A DNA stretch of 37,921 bases from a bacterium. GTDB lineage: Bacteria; Muiribacteriota; UBA6191. The stretch is from the NCBI GenBank assembly GCA_036339875.1, contig JAYZAC010000046.1:1-37921 (forward strand), given 5' to 3'. This document shows positions 9,390-18,490 of the stretch, in pieces; position 1 is the first letter of the stretch, and the number at the start of each line of letters is the position of its first letter. The notes under the pieces were generated by a model, which saw nothing but the letters and a program-made list of their open reading frames with translations, made no database searches and was not told the DNA's origin. Position numbers and translations under genes: made by a program.

Positions 9390-11144
9390 ATGTATAAAAT
9401 ACTTGGTCTTCTACTAATGGGTTCAGTGATTGCTTTTCTAGGTGATCGTATGGGTACCCGTATTGGTAAAAAGAGATTAAGCATCCTCGGAATGAGACCT
9501 CGCAAAACAGCGGTTTTAATGACGATGGTGACAGGTATGGTGATTACATTAACGACTCTCTATATTACTTCGCTTTTGAATCCCAATATTAAAGCGGCTT
9601 TATTTGACGATATAGAGTCGATCAAAAAATCTAACCAGGAGCTAGAAAATCGTTATCAAAATTTACAATCGGAAAGATCAGGATTAGAGACAAAAGTACT
9701 AGATCTTATTGATGATATGGAAATCCTAGAGAAGGAGAAAGTTAGACTTTCGAAAAGACAGCAGGATACTACCGCTGCAATCGAACAACTTAAAACTGAA
9801 AAAACTGAATTAAATGATCAATTAAGTAAACGCCTCGTAGAAAGTCAGAATCTGGAGAATCAATTAGAACTTCAAGTGAAGCAAACTGATAATCTAAAGA
9901 AAAATATAGATTCTTTAGAATCAGAGCGAGAAAGGCTTCAAGCTCGACAGGAAGAAATGCTGGCAGAGCAAGCTGATTATAAAAAAATGATGGATCGACT
10001 AACCGAAGATAAAGAGGGTCTAGTTACACAATTGAATGAGGCACTTAATGAAAAAATCTCTCTCAAAGAGGCTAAGGCAAAACTAGAACAGAATATTGCA
10101 AACGAATTGAAAGAAAAAAAATCTCGTCAAGAAACTTTGGCCCGATTAGAAAATGATCTGGAATTAACGCGCAAGATAAAGCAACGTCTTGAACAGTCTG
10201 TGGAAGAAGGTCTTGATCAAGTAAGAATTAAAGAAGAGAGGCTTGGAGCTCTTAAGACTAATTTGACTAAACTAGATGAACAAGTTGTAGCGTTGACCGG
10301 TGAGGTCAGTAAGGCGCAGAAAACAATCGCGAGCCTTCAACAAGTTATTCAGGGGAAAAAACAAAAACAGTTAGTTCTTAATTCTATGGAGCCATTGTTG
10401 GATAGGCCTTTAAGACTTGAGGGTCCGGTTACGTTAGATCAATTTGCGCCACTTTTTCAAATAATGCTAGATGGAATTAGTAAATCCATGAATGAGCAAG
10501 GTGTAAAGTTTGAGATAGGGAGTTCAGAGCAAAAGGCTAAAATTATGCAAGGTGTTTATAACCAGGCTAGTGATATTTGGCGTAACATAGAAGATTCAAA
10601 TCTTTATCTTGAAAAACCTTCGCGTGGGGTTTTAGTTTATCCAGTATCAGCTAATAATTTAGTGAAAGGCGAGCCACTAAGGGATGTGAAGTTCTTAGTT
10701 TCTGAAAATAAATTGTTAATATTGAAAGGCAAGGAGATTGCCCGGGCAGTTCTCGATTCAAGCCTATCCGCTGAGGAGTTACTCGGCCAGATGTTTGAGA
10801 TGGATGAGCAGCTCAAGAAACAAATGTTCGATCAAGGTATTCTTGGGAATCGATTTAAGCCGCGAGAACCCGGTCAAATTATGCGATTTGCACAAGTTGT
10901 TAGTTCAATCAAGAACGAGAAGGCTCGGCAGTTTATTTCAGTAATTGCAGATGCAGATATCTATTCAGGTGGAGGGTTTGCATTTCGATATGATATTAAG
11001 AAAGAAATGGAGTATCTTCGATTGATCGAGCAGCGAAAATTGGAAGATAAAACTCCCCAACAAAGACTTCGTGATAGGTTGAAGAAATTCAAACAAAAAT
11101 TTCAAACAAGTATTTCTGAAAGTAATGAATTAACCATGCCTTAA
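9390..11144 (+). CDS. DUF3084 family membrane-anchored coiled-coil protein
   Basis: Characteristic N-terminus IAFLGDRMGTRIGKKRLSILGMRPRKTA...TGMVI, a long coiled coil, and a C-terminal region with SANNLVKGEP and ADIYSGG. GGAG RBS at 9381. Confidence 0.85.
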   Translation: MYKILGLLLMGSVIAFLGDRMGTRIGKKRLSILGMRPRKTAVLMTMVTGMVITLTTLYITSLLNPNIKAALFDDIESIKKSNQELENRYQNLQSERSGLETKVLDLIDDMEILEKEKVRLSKRQQDTTAAIEQLKTEKTELNDQLSKRLVESQNLENQLELQVKQTDNLKKNIDSLESERERLQARQEEMLAEQADYKKMMDRLTEDKEGLVTQLNEALNEKISLKEAKAKLEQNIANELKEKKSRQETLARLENDLELTRKIKQRLEQSVEEGLDQVRIKEERLGALKTNLTKLDEQVVALTGEVSKAQKTIASLQQVIQGKKQKQLVLNSMEPLLDRPLRLEGPVTLDQFAPLFQIMLDGISKSMNEQGVKFEIGSSEQKAKIMQGVYNQASDIWRNIEDSNLYLEKPSRGVLVYPVSANNLVKGEPLRDVKFLVSENKLLILKGKEIARAVLDSSLSAEELLGQMFEMDEQLKKQMFDQGILGNRFKPREPGQIMRFAQVVSSIKNEKARQFISVIADADIYSGGGFAFRYDIKKEMEYLRLIEQRKLEDKTPQQRLRDRLKKFKQKFQTSISESNELTMP

Positions 11145-12592
11145 TCTTCCCATCGCAACCTAGCAGGAACATTCAGTAAGCGTTTGTAAACTTTGTAATA
11201 GCGCGTTTTGAACTGTTTCTCTAGCAGTTTGATTTTGCGGTCAACAAAGTCATAGACACAGGCATGATCTTTACCTTCAAATAAGCGCATTATTCTACCG
11301 ACTCTCTGCTCTATTCGGCTTATATTTCGAGATGGTGTGACTAGCCAGATTTTATCTAAGCGCCTTATATCAAGCCCCTCATCCGCCAACTGTGTAGCAA
11401 AAAGATAATGATTTTTACCTTGCCTTATTTCTTCTAAGATTATTTCACGCTCTTCTTTCGGGGTTTGCCCCGTTATTACGCGAGAACTGACTCCAGCAAA
11501 ATTTAGCATGGCATGCAATTGATAACAGTGATTTACCCTCTGACTTAGTATCAAATTGAAAGATTTTTGATGCTCCATTAATGCATTTTTTATTAGTAAA
11601 TTTCGTTTACTATCAGTTATTAGGGCCTCCATTAGTCGTTGATAGCTATCAGCCTCTTCATGGTTATACTCGAATTCAAACTCAGTTTTAATTATTTTTA
11701 AATGAGGTCGAATTAACTGTTCATTTGCTTGAAGATCTTCGGGTTTAATTCGATGTAAAGTCGGTCCTAGAAATAAATGCATTACAGGACTCAAGCCGTC
11801 CTCTCGATTAGGAGTAGCTGAAAATCCGTAAAGATAATTTGGACGTAATTTACCGACTAATTTTGTAAACGTGGTCGCCGGGACATGATGACATTCATCA
11901 ACAATTAGACATCCAATTTTTTTTTGAAGCTTTAATAAAAGAGTACGATCTCTTATTAGAGTTTGTACTGTTGCAACTGTGATGTCTTCACCATAGTTTT
12001 TTTTACCTCCTCCGATTACTCCGCAAGTTTGCCCAAGAAAGTTTTGAATTTGATTACTCCATTGCTTTAGTAGATCTAAGGTGTGAACTAAAATCAGGGT
12101 TTTTTGTTGCCTTTGATTAATAAGACTTAGAGCCATAATTGTTTTCCCGGCACCGCAAGGCGCTACCAAGACACCTCGATGTCGTTTAAGCATATCCTCC
12201 AAAGCATGACTCTGATAATCACGTAGTTGAATTGAAGATTTAAATAATTGCTCAGGTTTTTCACTAGTTAACAAGTTTTTAATTTGGAAATTAATTTGAT
12301 GGTCACGCAAGATATTGATTAATGTTTCTAAAAATCCTATTGGGATTTCGATGCTAGGACTAGTTTTAGGCTTGCGGATATGCATGTAACATAACTCTCT
12401 GGGTGCTTTAATATAGCGTTTACGACTTCCATATCTTAGAGCCGCGATAAAGGCGGGATTTTCAAAACTTAAAGCATTTTGAAGTTCTTCCAGAAGTCCA
12501 TCTAGCGCCTCTTGAGACAGGTTGTTTTTGAGCTGTTCGAGGTCTAAATAAAGTTTTTCTCTTATCTCTAGTATTACGCTTGAATTGGTCAC
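11141..12592 (-). CDS. Superfamily II DNA/RNA helicase (DEAD/DEAH, XPB/SSL2-like)
   Basis: Q motif LRDYQ, Walker A APCGAGKT, DECHH, SATP, motif V ADEGLDI, motif VI QRVGRIMR. Start uncertain (GTG12592, ATG12640 or ATG12652). The stop overlaps the convergent DUF3084 stop (TTAA). Confidence 0.9.
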   Translation of the reverse strand: MTNSSVILEIREKLYLDLEQLKNNLSQEALDGLLEELQNALSFENPAFIAALRYGSRKRYIKAPRELCYMHIRKPKTSPSIEIPIGFLETLINILRDHQINFQIKNLLTSEKPEQLFKSSIQLRDYQSHALEDMLKRHRGVLVAPCGAGKTIMALSLINQRQQKTLILVHTLDLLKQWSNQIQNFLGQTCGVIGGGKKNYGEDITVATVQTLIRDRTLLLKLQKKIGCLIVDECHHVPATTFTKLVGKLRPNYLYGFSATPNREDGLSPVMHLFLGPTLHRIKPEDLQANEQLIRPHLKIIKTEFEFEYNHEEADSYQRLMEALITDSKRNLLIKNALMEHQKSFNLILSQRVNHCYQLHAMLNFAGVSSRVITGQTPKEEREIILEEIRQGKNHYLFATQLADEGLDIRRLDKIWLVTPSRNISRIEQRVGRIMRLFEGKDHACVYDFVDRKIKLLEKQFKTRYYKVYKRLLNVPARLRWED

Positions 12593-12613
12593 AGGTGTAA
12601 AACAGGGTATAAT
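12585..12613 (+). promoter_or_regulatory. Possible sigma70 promoter for the TPR gene
   Basis: TTGGTC (12585-12590), 17 nt spacer, TATAAT (12608-12613). Confidence 0.35.
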
Positions 12614-12727
12614 GTATGGGTCAGAAGTGCCATAGGGCATTTTTTCATACATTAATGCAAGGCTGTGAATACTTTTTGGGTAGAGTTTTGAGTGAAAGCG
12701 ACAGTTGTAAGTGAAGAGAGGTGCTTT

Positions 12728-13582
12728 ATGAAAAAATTCTTTGAAAGACAAATTGAGGAACTCGAAAGATTAATTGAGGCTAATCCAAATGATCCGGAAT
12801 TACATAAAGACCTAGGTAATATTTTTTATCGAAGTGATGCTTTGTTTTTAGCTTTAGAAGAATATCGTACTGCCTTATTTATACGTCCAGATTATTTTGA
12901 GGCTCAGTACAATCTTGGTAATGTTTATTTCAAGTTGAAAAAACCTTACAAGGCGATAATTGCTTGGATGGAGGCCTTAATTATTAATCCTAAACTTGAA
13001 AGTGCGAGATTTAATATTGGTTTTGCATATTTTAATTTGGGTGAATATGATGACGCCCTTCTAGAATTTCGTCGAGCATCAAAGATTACACCTAACTCTG
13101 CAGATACCTATTTCTACCAAGGTATGTGCCAATTTGAAATGGGACAATATAGTAAGGCAGTAAAGTCATATATGAAAGCTCTAGAATTGGATGATGCTAA
13201 CGAAGAAATTCTGTATAACCTTGGCAACGCTCTGTATGAAGATGAGCTATATGAAGAGGCATTGCACTATTACACTCGTGCTCAAAATTTCAATGAAGAA
13301 GATTATCATACACACAATAATATTGCCGATTGCTTGATTAGCCTAGATAGAGTAAAAGAAGCTCAGCAGCAAATTGAGAAAGTGTTAAAGTTGAGGGCTG
13401 ATTTTGCGCCGGCTCATTGTACTCAGGCAGAACTTTACATGAAGCAAGGTAAGATTGATTTAGCAATAAGCTCGTTCAATGAAGTGATCAGTTTAACCGG
13501 TAAAATTCGCCAAGATAACGATAAAAACATGCTGTATAGATATGCTTCCGAAATGGTCGAGAGTCTAAGTCAGAGAGTTTAA
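12728..13582 (+). CDS. Tetratricopeptide repeat protein
   Basis: About 7 tandem 34-aa repeats (AQYNLGNVY, ARFNIGFAY, ILYNLGNAL and others). GAGAGG RBS before ATG12728. Confidence 0.9.
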   Translation: MKKFFERQIEELERLIEANPNDPELHKDLGNIFYRSDALFLALEEYRTALFIRPDYFEAQYNLGNVYFKLKKPYKAIIAWMEALIINPKLESARFNIGFAYFNLGEYDDALLEFRRASKITPNSADTYFYQGMCQFEMGQYSKAVKSYMKALELDDANEEILYNLGNALYEDELYEEALHYYTRAQNFNEEDYHTHNNIADCLISLDRVKEAQQQIEKVLKLRADFAPAHCTQAELYMKQGKIDLAISSFNEVISLTGKIRQDNDKNMLYRYASEMVESLSQRV

Positions 13583-13738
13583 GTTATCTCTAAGAAAATA
13601 TATTAAGCCTGACAATGACGAAAATCTCTTAAAATTAGGGGACTTGTCAATTCTCGACTTCTATTAGCTTGCCAGAGAAGTGGTAATTCTGGTAAACCAG
13701 AGGATTGCTTAGTATACCTATTCTATGGAGTATTTCTT

Positions 13739-15418
13739 TTGAGTTTAGACTGGATCGATTTTTATCATTTTCAACGAGATGCACAACCATTGCTCGAAGA
13801 TAGTAAAGTGCAGAAAATTTTCCAGCCACTTCCCGATCAAGTGGTTTTGGAGCTTTACAGTGAGAAAAAGCGACTTTTTCTTAACATCGTAGCATCTCAA
13901 ACGTATCCGGGGATTTTTCTCAGTTCTCACCAAGGACCACAGCCTGAGGAGCCGACGACATTTTGTATGTTGTTGAGAAAACATCTCACCGGTAGTTTCT
14001 TAAGAAAAATCACGCAACCTAAATTTGAGCGAGTACTTTTTTTTGAATTTCAATATCAAGAAGAGATTAAGAAAGTCGTAGTTGACTTTAGAGGCCGAAG
14101 AACCAACCTTCTGCTTTGTGATGAGGAAGAATGCCTTCTTGGTGCTCAAGAGCGGCAGACTGGATCTTCAAAGGGTGTAAAATTTAATTTAGGCGAGCAT
14201 CCGATGCCATTGGTCTCCCCAGGAGATTATGAACCGTTGCATATTAAATCAGATAAAACAGCCTTATTAAACTTAGGACGAGAGATTACACCCAAACTTG
14301 CTGTTTATCTTCTGGGTTTAGAGCGAAAAGCATTTAACAACTTTATGTCCAATTTTTCAGACAACTTGCAGGAATTACTTTCAAATCCCACATATGAGAT
14401 TTGGGCCGATGAGTTGGGTCCGCAAGATATTAATGTCTTGAATGGTGCGAACTATGCGGGTTCAGTTCATAAGCACAAAAATATGTTGGATCTTCTATCG
14501 GAATTTTGTACTAATCGTCGTGATCAATTGCTTCTTAGAAACTCTAAAGAGCGGGCTTTAAAGAGTATTCAGAAACAGAAGAAGTCTTTAAGTTTAAAGC
14601 GAGAGCGTACTCACATCAAACTAGAAGAGTATAAAACCTACCCGGAATTAGAAAGAGTGGCAGGATTATTAAACTCTCAGCGAGATAAGATCAAGCCATT
14701 TCATAAATCTGTTGTACTCACCGACTACTATGGAGATTGTCAGGAATTAGAAGTACAGATAGACCCTCGTCAATCAGTTCAGGGTAATGTTGATAAATTT
14801 TACAAGAGGGCTAGGAAGTTTCGACGAGGTATTGAAAAATTAGAAGCTCAGCTATTAGAAATTCAAGAGTTAGAAAGTACTTTGGAGAGGAATTTGGAGG
14901 AGCTGAGACACAGCTCTGATCATCGTGAGGTAGAAAATCTACTATTGCGTCTGCAGAATTTAGGTCTTGTAGCTACACCAAAATCGGGTAAATCGTCAAC
15001 TCGAAAAAAGAAAAAGGCTAATCGAGCAAGATTACGAATGTTTTTGAGTTCTGAAGGTATTGAAATTTATGCCGGTCGAAACAATGCGGAAAATGATTAT
15101 ATTTTGCGATCTGTAGCCGCTAAAGATGATCTATGGTTTCATGTTAAAGATTGTCCCGGTGCTCATGTATTATTAAGGTTCAAAAGAGATTTGGGTAAAG
15201 TATCAAAACAAGAAGCGGCCCAATTGGCTGCGTACCTTTCTCGTAAGAAGAATGACGTCAAAGCTGAGGTAATGTATACTACTGTAAAGCATGTGCGTAA
15301 GTTACCGGGAATGAAGCCGGGTGAGGTTAGTTTGAGGCAGTTCGACTGTATGCAAATCAAAGTAGACCTTGGAATACTCTCCAAACTTGAGAGAAATGTG
15401 CATAAAACCGGGGATTAA
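13739..15418 (+). CDS. rqcH: Rqc2/NEMF-family ribosome quality control protein (FbpA/NFACT)
   Basis: KVQKIFQP, FCMLLRKHL, FERVL, NLLL, a coiled coil, and the NFACT-R motif GRNNAENDY...DLWFHVKDCPGAHV. TTG start with a GGAG RBS. Confidence 0.9.
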   Translation: MSLDWIDFYHFQRDAQPLLEDSKVQKIFQPLPDQVVLELYSEKKRLFLNIVASQTYPGIFLSSHQGPQPEEPTTFCMLLRKHLTGSFLRKITQPKFERVLFFEFQYQEEIKKVVVDFRGRRTNLLLCDEEECLLGAQERQTGSSKGVKFNLGEHPMPLVSPGDYEPLHIKSDKTALLNLGREITPKLAVYLLGLERKAFNNFMSNFSDNLQELLSNPTYEIWADELGPQDINVLNGANYAGSVHKHKNMLDLLSEFCTNRRDQLLLRNSKERALKSIQKQKKSLSLKRERTHIKLEEYKTYPELERVAGLLNSQRDKIKPFHKSVVLTDYYGDCQELEVQIDPRQSVQGNVDKFYKRARKFRRGIEKLEAQLLEIQELESTLERNLEELRHSSDHREVENLLLRLQNLGLVATPKSGKSSTRKKKKANRARLRMFLSSEGIEIYAGRNNAENDYILRSVAAKDDLWFHVKDCPGAHVLLRFKRDLGKVSKQEAAQLAAYLSRKKNDVKAEVMYTTVKHVRKLPGMKPGEVSLRQFDCMQIKVDLGILSKLERNVHKTGD

Positions 15419-15427
15419 ATTAGGATT

Positions 15428-16231
15428 ATGAGAAGAGGTTTCTTTAAGGCAATACTCAAAATTGTCAGTTACATTAAATACCTCATTCCCAATTTGTTTA
15501 CATCTCTCTCGATTTTTTTCGCTTACATGGCAGCGGTTGAGGCAACCGATGTGGTTGATGCATGCTGGTATCTCCTGTTGTGTGTGTTAATGGATAAAAT
15601 GGATGGCACTTCAGCTCGGGTACTAAAGGCAACCTCCAAATTTGGTTTAAAGTATGATTCGATTGCCGACGCCATCGCTTTCGGAATCCTGCCGGGAATT
15701 ATAATTTATGAGGCTTCTTCCCTAGTGGCTTCTCACGGACATTGGGGCTATCTCTTCAAAATTAGCGCTGTGGTGTACATTGTAGCTACATTTGCTAGAT
15801 TGTATAAATTTGATCGAATGGCAACTTCCGAAGAGTCTCCTGACAGCTTCTTCGGAATTCCCTCGACTTTGTCTGCGGCAGTGATTGCTTGTTATTGTGT
15901 AGCCTTTGGTCCCTATTTCGAGCAACAAATTATATTAGTATTTCTTCTTCCCATGTTGGGCTTAGGTATGTCAGTTCTAATGAACGGTAATTTTCCGACA
16001 CTTAAAGTGGGTATTCCACGAAAAAAACTGCATCGAGTAGCTCAAACGTTTTTTGGTATAGTGATTTTCGTTGCGATTCCAACGCGTCAAGCGGAAATGA
16101 TTCTATTTATATTGGCAATGGTTGCAATGTACATAACTATTGTTCATGGTAGGAAACGATATAAAGAGCAATTAACTGAGGAGCCTTGCAAGGAGCAAAA
16201 TGAAGTTCTTGAGGATAGAGCTTCCACGTAA
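15428..16231 (+). CDS. pssA: CDP-alcohol phosphatidyltransferase, phosphatidylserine synthase-like
   Basis: IPNLFT, CDP-AP motif DKMDGTSAR...SKFGLKYDSIADAIAFG, RLYKF, FFGIPS. Exact substrate is not provable from sequence. Confidence 0.75.
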   Translation: MRRGFFKAILKIVSYIKYLIPNLFTSLSIFFAYMAAVEATDVVDACWYLLLCVLMDKMDGTSARVLKATSKFGLKYDSIADAIAFGILPGIIIYEASSLVASHGHWGYLFKISAVVYIVATFARLYKFDRMATSEESPDSFFGIPSTLSAAVIACYCVAFGPYFEQQIILVFLLPMLGLGMSVLMNGNFPTLKVGIPRKKLHRVAQTFFGIVIFVAIPTRQAEMILFILAMVAMYITIVHGRKRYKEQLTEEPCKEQNEVLEDRAST

Positions 16232-16361
16232 AAACTCCAAAACAGATTCCTTCTATGGTCTTAAAATTGAGACAAGCCGTAACAGCTATGCGTTAACTTT
16301 TTCAGAGCGTATTTGTTTAGTTCTACTATTCGTTTGTCTATTTTTTGACTGGTTACTCTAG
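16200..16361 (+). CDS. 53-aa small membrane protein absent from the ORF track
   Basis: AGGAG RBS at 16191-16195, ATG16200, translation MKFLRIELPRKNSKTDSFYGLKIETSRNSYALTFSERICLVLLFVCLFFDWLL. Its TAG overlaps the comEC GTG (TAGTG). Confidence 0.55.
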   Translation: MKFLRIELPRKNSKTDSFYGLKIETSRNSYALTFSERICLVLLFVCLFFDWLL

Positions 16362-18343
16362 TGCCTGTATTCCACGATAAATTTTTTCTTTGGGGTCTGA
16401 GTATTTTTTTTGGCTCCCTTGCGGGTCATTCTACTTTAAATACATCAATTGAATCTTCACTTGGTTTATTATTATTCCTTTCTTTGTTACTTCTCTTTTT
16501 GGCGCTAAAGAGCACAGTGCCTTTAATATCAATGTATTGTGTGTGTGGATTCTTATTTCTTGTGGGATTCTGCAGAACTATTAATTGGAATAATAGAACT
16601 CCCAATATTGTAAATATTCTTAGTAATATCGAGGATTACAGATATCAAGATGGGTTAGTTGGTGTAGCACAAATTCAAGATTTGAAATGGGGGGGTACCG
16701 CTGTATTTTGTATAAAAGGCTCTTCTGGTTTAGTGGGAAAACGTCTTGTTCTATATGATCCAAAGATGCCAAAAAGCGGTTGGGTTAAATTTGAGCTAAG
16801 GGGTGCTCATCCATTAGCAAAGAAAGGTCTTCAGGCTTTTTATTCTAGATCAGTATCTGTAATACCTTCAGGGTTCTTAGTTTTTCTTTTAGAAAAGCGA
16901 TTGATGTTCCGTAAGCGCTTAATAGAAGGTCTAAATAATTCCACTAAATTTTATGAATCACTTCGCTTATTCTGGTCTTCCGCTATTCTTCGATATGATG
17001 GCCAAAAACATCAAGAATTAAAGAGTAATTTGAAGTCTCTGGGTTTGGGAGCAGTATTCGCTGTATCGGGTTTGCATGTAAACCTTCTAGCTTTATTGGC
17101 TGTGGGAGTGCTTTCCCTAATTCCATTGAGTACCAGAAAAAGTTGGTTGTTGTATATAAGTTTAGTTCTTTCATACGCAATTATTGTAGGTTTTACAGCT
17201 TCAGTTCTTCGAGCATTCTGTTTCGCCTTTCTGATTAGAACTGCTAATGATGGCGGTTTTTCGGTTCGAAATATAAGGCTTTTATCTGCAGTATTTTTGA
17301 TTCATATTATATCTTTTCCTTCAGAAGTTTTAGAGGCTGGTTTTCTACTAAGTTACGGCTTAACTTTTGTACTAATATTCTTGGGTACATCCTTTCAATT
17401 CAAAAACTTATGGCATCTTTTGCTGCAAGGCTTTGGTATTCAATTGCTATTAATCCCTTATTTTTTATGGCAATTTGGAGAGTATCCATTAATGCATTTT
17501 GCATGCGTGTTCCTTGCCCCCATCTTTTCTATTATTTTAGCGGTTGGTTTCTTTGTAATTTTCATGTCTTTATTCATCTCAGATTATGTAGCTATTTGTC
17601 TTGGTTTAGTAGCACCACCCATGGAATCATTTATTAATTTGTGTTCAGAATGGGGTCAACATTCACAATTATTATTGTCATCAACTGAATCATTTGATGG
17701 TCGCTTCGTTCTAGCTTTTTATACTTTTGTACTACTATTGATGATGAGAATTGAGCGATTAAAAATAAATGTATGGCAGAAAAGTATAGATAGTTGGGAA
17801 GTTTTTCTACATAAAAATGGAGATAGGTCTTATGAATTACACGCGATGGTCTATGAAAATTTGTTTCATGAATCTTATGAACCCATTACGGCACTAAAGA
17901 CGTTACAGGTGCATGCATCATCAAAAAACTGGAGTTATCTTGCTTTTGCTCACTTACAACAGGCATGGATTAAAAGTGGTTTTGAAAATACTATTGATCC
18001 TTTACGAACTATTGTAAATGAGCACTATTTGGGCTCGACAGATTCACTGGAGCCTATATTTATTCACTTTATTGAGAATAAATTACATATACAGTGGTCG
18101 AAGGATAATTTAATAAAATTAAGTGACTGGTTACTTCATCTAAGAATCAATGAAGAGTTTGATGGAATAGTAAAGTCCAACCGAGACCTTCTACAAAATT
18201 TGGTAAATTGTAGATTCATAAAATCTCCCGAAATGCGCATTTTAAAGTCATCTAAGGGGCGCTTATTAAACATGTTACCGATTTTCGTTAAAAAAACTTT
18301 AATAAATCATTTGATAATACAGTTATCTCATGACCATACATAA
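16361..18343 (+). CDS. comEC: ComEC/Rec2 family competence membrane protein with atypical C-terminus
   Basis: Competence-domain motifs FAVSGLHV, SVLRA and GFLLSY, with many TM segments. No HxHxDH metallo-beta-lactamase motif. Confidence 0.75.
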   Translation: MPVFHDKFFLWGLSIFFGSLAGHSTLNTSIESSLGLLLFLSLLLLFLALKSTVPLISMYCVCGFLFLVGFCRTINWNNRTPNIVNILSNIEDYRYQDGLVGVAQIQDLKWGGTAVFCIKGSSGLVGKRLVLYDPKMPKSGWVKFELRGAHPLAKKGLQAFYSRSVSVIPSGFLVFLLEKRLMFRKRLIEGLNNSTKFYESLRLFWSSAILRYDGQKHQELKSNLKSLGLGAVFAVSGLHVNLLALLAVGVLSLIPLSTRKSWLLYISLVLSYAIIVGFTASVLRAFCFAFLIRTANDGGFSVRNIRLLSAVFLIHIISFPSEVLEAGFLLSYGLTFVLIFLGTSFQFKNLWHLLLQGFGIQLLLIPYFLWQFGEYPLMHFACVFLAPIFSIILAVGFFVIFMSLFISDYVAICLGLVAPPMESFINLCSEWGQHSQLLLSSTESFDGRFVLAFYTFVLLLMMRIERLKINVWQKSIDSWEVFLHKNGDRSYELHAMVYENLFHESYEPITALKTLQVHASSKNWSYLAFAHLQQAWIKSGFENTIDPLRTIVNEHYLGSTDSLEPIFIHFIENKLHIQWSKDNLIKLSDWLLHLRINEEFDGIVKSNRDLLQNLVNCRFIKSPEMRILKSSKGRLLNMLPIFVKKTLINHLIIQLSHDHT

Positions 18344-18344
18344 A

Positions 18345-18373
18345 TTGAGATTCTAAGATAATTTATGTATGAT
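18345..18373 (+). promoter_or_regulatory. Sigma70-type promoter upstream of the cyclase gene
   Basis: TTGAGA (18345-18350), 17 nt spacer, TATGAT (18368-18373); both boxes match consensus at 5/6. Confidence 0.5.
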
Positions 18374-18431
18374 TACGGCTTTGTAAGCTGGGTTAAGCTT
18401 GGGTTGGATAATTTTCAGAAAATTTACATTT

Positions 18432-18470
18432 GATTTGTGGCGTCTCGTTACGCACTACAAATCTTTTTTT
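18432..18470 (+). terminator. Intrinsic terminator-like hairpin 20 nt before the cyclase start
   Basis: GATTTGTGGCGT / ACGCACTACAAATC forms a stem of about 12 bp (2-nt bulge, one G-U) with loop CTCGTT, followed by 7 T (18464-18470). Confidence 0.55.
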
Positions 18471-18490
18471 AATTTTCAGACAAAAATGCA

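Noticed and set aside
9269..9505. Long head-to-head overlap between the 348-aa ORF and DUF3084
   Set aside because: A signal peptide starts at ATG9268 and the DUF3084 gene has an RBS before ATG9390, so the overlap disappears.
12653..12751. Overlap of the helicase and TPR ORF 5' ends
   Set aside because: It comes from longest-ORF calling; TPR has an RBS at ATG12728 and helicase homology starts further downstream.
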